The notes under the pieces: model-generated | Databases searched by the model: none | What the model saw: the letters and a program-made list of their open reading frames with translations, nothing else | Told to the model about the DNA's origin: nothing | Origin: Planctomycetota bacterium | Lineage (GTDB): Bacteria; Planctomycetota; MHYJ01; JACQRL01; SBBU01 | NCBI GenBank assembly: GCA_016206485.1 | Contig: JACQRL010000098.1 | Coordinates: 1-36,788 of the forward strand | Length of the DNA stretch: 36,788 nt | Direction: 5' to 3' | Shown: positions 31,260-36,788 of the stretch, in pieces | How the letters are laid out: every line of letters begins with the position of its first letter | How positions within the stretch are numbered: position 1 is the stretch's first letter | Program-made: the position numbers and the translations under genes

Positions 31260-31918
31260 TGAGACTAATATATTTGTCTTGGCTTGCTTTCGTTGCTGGC
31301 TGCGCATGTCCGTTTTCTGTTGAACATGCTGCCGAATCCAAAGCTCGTTCAAATAATGCTGATGAAGTTTCTATGAGTGAAACTGATCCATCAAAGAAGC
31401 AACAAAAATTGGATCCGCTTACGCATGGTCAAAAAATACCGGATGCGAGTCTTGTAAATCAGAGTGGAAAGAATATCAGACTGTCTGATTACAGAGGAAA
31501 CGTCCTCATATTAACGTTTATATATACTCGATGTAATATACAAACGATGTGCCCGTTGGTAACGTCGAAGCTTGCGGGTGTCCAGAATAAAATCGCTAAG
31601 AATAATGTAAACTCTGTGCGGTTTCTTGTAGTAAGTTTTGACTCTATGTACGACAAGCCTGATAAACTCAAAGAATTTGCACAGCGGTATAACATTAACC
31701 TGGCGGTTTTTGAATTTGCCGGCGGTGAGCCTGAAACGGTCGGGAATCTTGCCCGCTCGTTCAATATCTACTATCGCAATGACTGCCCCGGAGTTTTCAC
31801 GCATAATATAATTGTTTCAATTGTTGATAAAAAAGGTGTTTTGCGCGATGATTTTTTTGGGACGGAGTGGGATGATGAAGAAATGGTCTCAGTTATAAAA
31901 CAATTAGCTGTTGAATAA
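31259..31918 (+). CDS. SCO1/SenC-family thioredoxin-fold copper chaperone, lipoprotein
   Basis: TAATG overlap with the upstream gene. It has the lipobox 'FVAGC', 'LILTFIYTRCNIQTMCP' (Cys pair) and the downstream conserved His in 'VFTHNIIVSIVD'. Confidence 0.85.
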   Translation: MRLIYLSWLAFVAGCACPFSVEHAAESKARSNNADEVSMSETDPSKKQQKLDPLTHGQKIPDASLVNQSGKNIRLSDYRGNVLILTFIYTRCNIQTMCPLVTSKLAGVQNKIAKNNVNSVRFLVVSFDSMYDKPDKLKEFAQRYNINLAVFEFAGGEPETVGNLARSFNIYYRNDCPGVFTHNIIVSIVDKKGVLRDDFFGTEWDDEEMVSVIKQLAVE

Positions 31919-31924
31919 CAGCGC

Positions 31925-33205
31925 TTAATGCACTGTTCTTATGATTATCCAGGATTTTTTTCCCGGCTCTATATTGATTTGTCTGGTTTCATATCCGACA
32001 GAAGAGTTGTTATTATCCTGATAATGCAATTCCACGCTGTATTGCCCCTTGGGTAGTTTGATCCGGGACATCTGGAGATCTGCAGGGAATGTGTAAACTC
32101 CTCTGGTGTCGGCTTTTTCTGATAAGTAAGCGAGGGTCTTAAGTATTCCACCGACTATTTTCCCTGCTTCTTTGTCCTTTTTCTCGATTTCCTTTGCAAT
32201 CAGATCCGCTGTTACCATTTTAACTCCAAGAGCTACGGCTCTTTTGGCGAGGAGTCCGACAAATCTTTCATCAAGAGTAGAAACCATATTATTTTCGATA
32301 TCATCGAGAAGCTCAGTGAATGCGATTATGTTTCCGGCCCTGATTTTGATTCGTCTGATTCCAGCGTGCCTTTTTTGGTATTTTGGAACGATGACAAGAT
32401 CCGGGTGAGGCACTTTTTCCGGAGCAAGTCCGCTTTCAAGTATGACTATAAGTTCTCCGGAGTCTGCCGGAGCCGGAGAAAACTTCGCATTAAATGTTTT
32501 TTCCCACTGCTGAAGCTCATCTTTCCAGTTCAAAAGATGGCATATTCGCATCAATCCTTCTTTTGCGCGCGGATCATACTGGTCAAGGTTATAAAGTCTT
32601 TTGTAATCGATGAGCGCCTCATTATATTCACCGAGCTCCTCATAGATCATGGCGGACAAAAGTATTGAAAATTTGCTTTGTTTGTAATCGATTCCTCTCT
32701 GCTGGATCACATAGTTGAGTGTCTGGTCTATCTGTTTGCATTCAATCCTTGCTTCATCCATTTGATTTAATCCGATGTAATTAAGCGCCAGGAAGGCGTG
32801 AACCAGTATTCTCTCGTAGTCTTCACCTCTGTAATCTTCTAAATTCTCATTTGTGATGAATTTTCCAACCTCGTAATCCCAGTGGATCAGATCATATTTT
32901 CTGACGATCTCCGCTGCTTCCAGCAGATAATCATTGCTTCTTTTGTATTCACCGGCGCTGTGAAGAATAATTCCTCTGTCCATGCAATATATAATTTTGT
33001 CCCTTCCCTCAGTTTTCTTGTCATATGGCTCGATCATAGCTGCGGCGCCGGCAAAATCTCCCCTGAAGAACATCTTGTTAATCGTCTTGTTCTGGCTGGA
33101 AAGGGATGAGCAACTTATTGTCAGTAGACAGAAAACAGGAATCAGAAAACAGAATATAGAATATGGAATATGGAATAAAGAATGGTAAGTGTAAGGTTGT
33201 TTCAT
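31925..33205 (-). CDS. Lipoprotein with TPR-like helical repeats, unknown function
   Basis: Lipobox 'LLTISC' and helical-repeat segments (e.g. 'GEYNEALIDYKRLYNLD'). The first ~25 codons are encoded by heptamer-repeat DNA, so the start is less certain. It converges on the SCO gene with a 6-nt gap. Confidence 0.75.
   Translation of the reverse strand: MKQPYTYHSLFHIPYSIFCFLIPVFCLLTISCSSLSSQNKTINKMFFRGDFAGAAAMIEPYDKKTEGRDKIIYCMDRGIILHSAGEYKRSNDYLLEAAEIVRKYDLIHWDYEVGKFITNENLEDYRGEDYERILVHAFLALNYIGLNQMDEARIECKQIDQTLNYVIQQRGIDYKQSKFSILLSAMIYEELGEYNEALIDYKRLYNLDQYDPRAKEGLMRICHLLNWKDELQQWEKTFNAKFSPAPADSGELIVILESGLAPEKVPHPDLVIVPKYQKRHAGIRRIKIRAGNIIAFTELLDDIENNMVSTLDERFVGLLAKRAVALGVKMVTADLIAKEIEKKDKEAGKIVGGILKTLAYLSEKADTRGVYTFPADLQMSRIKLPKGQYSVELHYQDNNNSSVGYETRQINIEPGKKSWIIIRTVH
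33129..33184 (+). repeat. Heptanucleotide tandem repeat overlapping the first codons of the lipoprotein gene 31925..33205
   Basis: CAGAAAA CAGGAAT CAGAAAA CAGAATA TAGAATA TGGAATA TGGAATA AAGAATG. Confidence 0.75.
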
Positions 33206-33240
33206 TCAATAGAAAGTTCTTCGCCTGATTCCCACGCCCC

Positions 33241-33268
33241 TATATTCTATCTTCTGTATTCTATATTC
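33241..33268 (-). repeat. Heptanucleotide tandem repeat, inverted relative to 33129..33184
   Basis: TATATTC TATCTTC TGTATTC TATATTC. 33257-33268 is the exact reverse complement of 33152-33163. Confidence 0.7.
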
Positions 33269-33276
33269 TTGTGAGG

Positions 33277-33861
33277 CTATTTTTCTTCCACTCTCTTAAT
33301 TTCAGATATGTTTTGTACAACTGTTAGTCTACTTTGCATATTCTCCAGATTTAGTCTGAGCTGGTAATATTTGACATGAAGTTCTTTGCTTTCCTGGGTT
33401 GATGTGATTATTTGACCTCTTAAGGAATAATTAGCTGCCGTTGCAGCTTTATCTTTGATCATGGTTTCATCCAGATAGGCGCCGCTGTCTCTTTGGTGCT
33501 TTAATTCATCTGATATAGAGTCACGTGCGCGTTTATCGACTATTAAAAATTCTCCTGTATCAAGAAGATCCATTAATATTCTGTCAGCGATCATATCCAG
33601 TTCACCGGATATATGCTCATCGGTTTTATTGTCGATCTTGTCAAAAAGCACGACAGGCTTTTTGTCGGTTTTTATCTCCCCCATTTTCCTGACAACTTTA
33701 TCAACAAATTCTCTTGATGCTTTCTTGACATCCCCATCATTGAATTTATTTTCCAGAAGGAATTTTCTGGAAGGATCTACATCCTTTATGGTTGACTTGT
33801 GTGAACAAGCAGTAATAACAAGGATTGAAACACCCAGTAAAACAGCAAACAGGTTCTTCAT
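33277..33861 (-). CDS. LpoB-like (COG3417-type) outer-membrane lipoprotein
   Basis: The ATG at 33861 has an AGGAGG 4 nt upstream. It has the lipobox 'LVITAC' and 'KPVVLFDKIDNKTDEHI...DRILMDLLDTGEFLIVDK', which resembles penicillin-binding-protein activator LpoB-type lipoproteins. Confidence 0.7.
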   Translation of the reverse strand: MKNLFAVLLGVSILVITACSHKSTIKDVDPSRKFLLENKFNDGDVKKASREFVDKVVRKMGEIKTDKKPVVLFDKIDNKTDEHISGELDMIADRILMDLLDTGEFLIVDKRARDSISDELKHQRDSGAYLDETMIKDKAATAANYSLRGQIITSTQESKELHVKYYQLRLNLENMQSRLTVVQNISEIKRVEEK

Positions 33862-33941
33862 AGGACCTCCTTTTATCAATTTGATATAGGTACAATGTTA
33901 TTTAAATAACTGCTCAAGTCTAGCAGTTCTTGTGTTATATG

Positions 33942-33983
33942 CTCCTGACTCCTGTTTCCTGAATCCTGTCTACTGTATACGTA
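33942..33983 (-). repeat. Degenerate heptanucleotide tandem repeat (CCTGA/CCTGT type)
   Basis: CTCCTGA CTCCTGT TTCCTGA ATCCTGT CTACTGT ATACGTA; closely resembles 9177-9210. Confidence 0.75.
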
Positions 33984-33992
33984 GATTAGATG

Positions 33993-36626
33993 TTAGTGCT
34001 CATTACAAAGTGTTTTCAGCTTGTCAGCGAATTCAGGGCTTAGTTTTGACAGGATAGCATATTCTTTTTCCATTGATTCAAAGTCACCGCTTTCGCAGTA
34101 TGCTAATCCGAGCCCAAAATGAAGGTCGGGATTATCTGGCCAGATTTCCGAGGCAGATCTGAATGTCGAGATTGCGTTTGGATAATCTTTTTTGCTCAGA
34201 TATGCGTATCCAAGCCCGCTATGCGCTTCATGAATCGATTTGTCCTGAACGATCGCTTTATTGAATGATTCGATTGCTGCATCTTGTCTGTTGAGCGCTA
34301 CATGTATCAATCCCATATTGGAACATGCTGACGGAAGCTCCGGTTTTAAATCGAATGCCTTCTTGCACATTTTTTCAGCCTCGTCATATTTCCCTTTTGC
34401 AATATTGAGCGAAGCGAGGGAGCTGTATGCCTCTGCATATCTTGGATCTATTTTCAGCGTGTCGTTAAAACAGTTTTCCGCCTCTTTAAATCTCTTTAGT
34501 TTTAGGTATGAAATTCCTTTGTTGCACAGAGCTTCTGCATAATCGGGCTTAATGGTTAGCGCTTTGTCAAAATTATCGATTGCTTTGTATTGGTCTCCCT
34601 TACTGGAATAAGTGAGGCCGAGCGTGTTGTAAGTTATCGGATCGTTTTTAGAGAGCTCGGTTGCTTTCATGCACAGATCTAATGCATCTTTAAGTTTACC
34701 TGTTTTAAGAAGGGTGAACGCAAGATTTCTGTGAGCTTCGGAATGCCGCTGGTTTTTATCAATCGCTTCTTTTAGCGCAGAAGCAGCATCAGTAAAATTT
34801 CCAAGCTTATTATGCGCGTCACCCAGACCGCTCAGTAAATCGACCGAGCCGGGATTTGATTCCAGAGCGTTTTTATATGCGTCAAGAGCTTTATAATAAT
34901 TTCCCTTACCCAGATACGCATCAGCCAGATATTTTTTCGCATCGGAATTATTCTGATCAAGCTTCAATGCTTCAAGGGAAGCCTCGAGCCCTTTATCATA
35001 TAGTCCAAGTCTGTTAGATACGCCTGCAAGATTAGCATATGCCTGCATGAAATCTTTTTTGTATTGAGTTGCGGATTTGAAGACATCCATTGCCTCATCG
35101 AATCTTCCAATCTTTGTGAGGGCTACTCCGAGGTTGTTGTATGCCTCTGCATATTCAGAGTCTATATTTGTTGATCTTTTAAAAAGCTCGATAGCTTTTT
35201 CATACTCTCCTTTTTGACTGTATATATTCCCAAGATTGCTGATTGTGGATGCAAGTCTGCCTTCATCTTTTTTTATAGATTGCTTGTAGACTTTTACTGC
35301 GTCATCAGTTTTGCCTTTCGAGATATAAGCAGAAGCTATTTTTTCTCTTACCTGTGCCGGTTTTGAGGTTTCCTCCAAGATTGTTTCATATTGTGTTTTG
35401 GCTTCCTCAAACCGTCCCTCTTCGATCGATTTTTCGCATTTCGTAACTATTTCACCAAGCGAGTCAATAATATCTTTTTTTTCACCTGAAATGGTGTTGT
35501 TTTTTTCTTTTTTGATCTGTTCATAAAATAAAACAAGCGACGCGGAAAAAAATAATATAGATATAACAAGAAGTATTAACGGTTTACGGCTGTTTTGCTG
35601 TTTTGTTGTGACAGGTTCTGTGTATCTAGGCTGTTGACGTTTTGCGTGTTTTATTGCCTCTCCATTTAGAAAACAGTCGAAATCGTCTTTGAGCTCAGCT
35701 ATGTTCCTATATCTTTTTTCAGGATGAAGCTGCATGCATTTTAAAACGATTGCTTCCAGATCCGGGTGTACTCTGTCATCGCTTTTGGTGGGGGATTGGA
35801 GCGCGCCTTTGATCACCTTATCAAAAATTTCTTTTGTGTTTCCTCCTTCAAACGGAGGCTTTCCGGTTATGCAGTAGTAAAGAGTTGCGCCTATAGAATA
35901 AATGTCACTGAGTTTTCCTCCTTTATTGCCTCCTGCCTGTTCAGGTGAAGTGAAGGCGCAAGCTTCATTATTAACGGAACTTTTTACGGGTATGCCAAGA
36001 TTTCTCAGATAAGCGGTCTTATTTTGATCTACCAATATATTTAGTGGCGAGATATCTCTGTGAGCAATGTTTTCTTTATGAATTTCTTCAAGAGCTTCGC
36101 ATATCTGTCTTAATACAAGTATACAGTCTCTTTTGGTGAGCTTGCTGATTATCTCTGACAGGAGCATCCCGTCGACAAATTTCTGGGCGATCCAGAGTTT
36201 GTTCTCATCGATTTTCCATTCATAGATTGAAATGATATTATTGTGCGAGATCCTGCTTACAACCTCCAGCTCCTTGTCGAGCTTTGACAGCTCTGCTGTC
36301 GGCATATTGTGGATCACTTTAAGGGCGCTGTAATGCTGGACTCTTGAATCATATGCTTTATAGACAGTGGCATTTGAACCGCTTTTTATTTCTTTGAGCA
36401 TGATGAACTTGTCTTTGAACGAATTTTCCTCGATAAACAGCGACTCTTCTTTAATTTTCCCGATCTGCGCGATTACCTGCGGATCAAGATATCCGTTTTC
36501 TTCAAGGATCTGTTTTAGTGATTTGTTATTTGTAGTGTTTATATGCTCGTTAATTGCGGTTTCAAGAACCTCCAGCTTCAGCTGCTTGTTTTTCAGCAGA
36601 AATTCGCAGATATCTTTATCACGCAT
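33993..36626 (-). CDS. Ser/Thr protein-kinase-like domain (degenerate catalytic motifs) + TM helix + long TPR array
   Basis: Hanks-type landmarks are present: 'ALKV' Lys, 'HRDISPLN', 'SPE' and 'DIYSIGATLY'. The Gly-loop reads 'SGSNAT' and the DFG motif reads 'NLG'. A TM helix 'LILLVISILFFSASLVLFY' is followed by about 14 TPR units. The N-terminal ~60 aa resemble a T2SSE-N/MshEN-like domain (low confidence). Confidence 0.9.
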   Translation of the reverse strand: MRDKDICEFLLKNKQLKLEVLETAINEHINTTNNKSLKQILEENGYLDPQVIAQIGKIKEESLFIEENSFKDKFIMLKEIKSGSNATVYKAYDSRVQHYSALKVIHNMPTAELSKLDKELEVVSRISHNNIISIYEWKIDENKLWIAQKFVDGMLLSEIISKLTKRDCILVLRQICEALEEIHKENIAHRDISPLNILVDQNKTAYLRNLGIPVKSSVNNEACAFTSPEQAGGNKGGKLSDIYSIGATLYYCITGKPPFEGGNTKEIFDKVIKGALQSPTKSDDRVHPDLEAIVLKCMQLHPEKRYRNIAELKDDFDCFLNGEAIKHAKRQQPRYTEPVTTKQQNSRKPLILLVISILFFSASLVLFYEQIKKEKNNTISGEKKDIIDSLGEIVTKCEKSIEEGRFEEAKTQYETILEETSKPAQVREKIASAYISKGKTDDAVKVYKQSIKKDEGRLASTISNLGNIYSQKGEYEKAIELFKRSTNIDSEYAEAYNNLGVALTKIGRFDEAMDVFKSATQYKKDFMQAYANLAGVSNRLGLYDKGLEASLEALKLDQNNSDAKKYLADAYLGKGNYYKALDAYKNALESNPGSVDLLSGLGDAHNKLGNFTDAASALKEAIDKNQRHSEAHRNLAFTLLKTGKLKDALDLCMKATELSKNDPITYNTLGLTYSSKGDQYKAIDNFDKALTIKPDYAEALCNKGISYLKLKRFKEAENCFNDTLKIDPRYAEAYSSLASLNIAKGKYDEAEKMCKKAFDLKPELPSACSNMGLIHVALNRQDAAIESFNKAIVQDKSIHEAHSGLGYAYLSKKDYPNAISTFRSASEIWPDNPDLHFGLGLAYCESGDFESMEKEYAILSKLSPEFADKLKTLCNEH

Positions 36627-36690
36627 ACTAAATATGATTCTTCGCTAAACTTGTTGAAATATTATCATCGGGGTCCGCTTAATCAATGAT

Positions 36691-36725
36691 ATAGAATGCA
36701 GGATTCAGGATACAGAATACAAGAA
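36691..36725 (+). repeat. Degenerate heptanucleotide tandem repeat
   Basis: ATAGAAT GCAGGAT TCAGGAT ACAGAAT ACAAGAA. Confidence 0.65.
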
Positions 36726-36788
36726 ACTGTTGATGCTGACATGGTAGATCAAAAGTGGTATACTTCTGTTATGCCGAGTGTAAATGAA

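Overview
AT-rich, gene-dense window from an unidentified diderm (Gram-negative-type) bacterium. I support about 33 protein genes and see no rRNA, tRNA, CRISPR array or transposase. Housekeeping genes (priA, eno, tkt, an enoyl-CoA hydratase) are interleaved with four accessory blocks. (i) 1-2851: two thiolase-fold proteins whose catalytic motifs are substituted, plus two DUF35 Zn-ribbon/OB-fold proteins. (ii) 11698-15836: a membrane-tethered ECF sigma factor fused to a large extracytoplasmic domain, followed by two secreted proteins. (iii) 19204-31918, the most interesting block: a membrane-embedded histidine kinase and a sigma-54 (NtrC-type) activator sit upstream of a textbook -24/-12 promoter. 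Downstream come a fused monoheme-cytochrome/beta-barrel outer-membrane protein (Cyc2-like), a tandem-cupredoxin protein, a membrane-anchored cytochrome c and an SPFH protein. These are followed by a translationally coupled set: pentaheme cytochrome c, Tat-exported molybdopterin-family subunit, 4Fe-4S subunit and NrfD-type membrane subunit (a Qrc/ACIII-like quinone module), ending with an SCO-type copper chaperone. I read this block as a candidate Fe(II)/metal-oxidation or extracellular electron-uptake pathway feeding the quinone pool; this is inference and needs testing. (iv) 31925-36626: envelope lipoproteins and a Ser/Thr-kinase-like TPR protein with degenerate catalytic motifs. A second sigma-54 promoter carrying the same upstream palindrome (TGTCA-N8-TGACA) precedes a 620-aa secreted protein gene at 7066. 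Nearly every intergenic spacer is built from degenerate tandem heptanucleotides in both orientations, including two about 70-nt near-identical copies. All functional calls come from motif reading by eye; no database search was possible.
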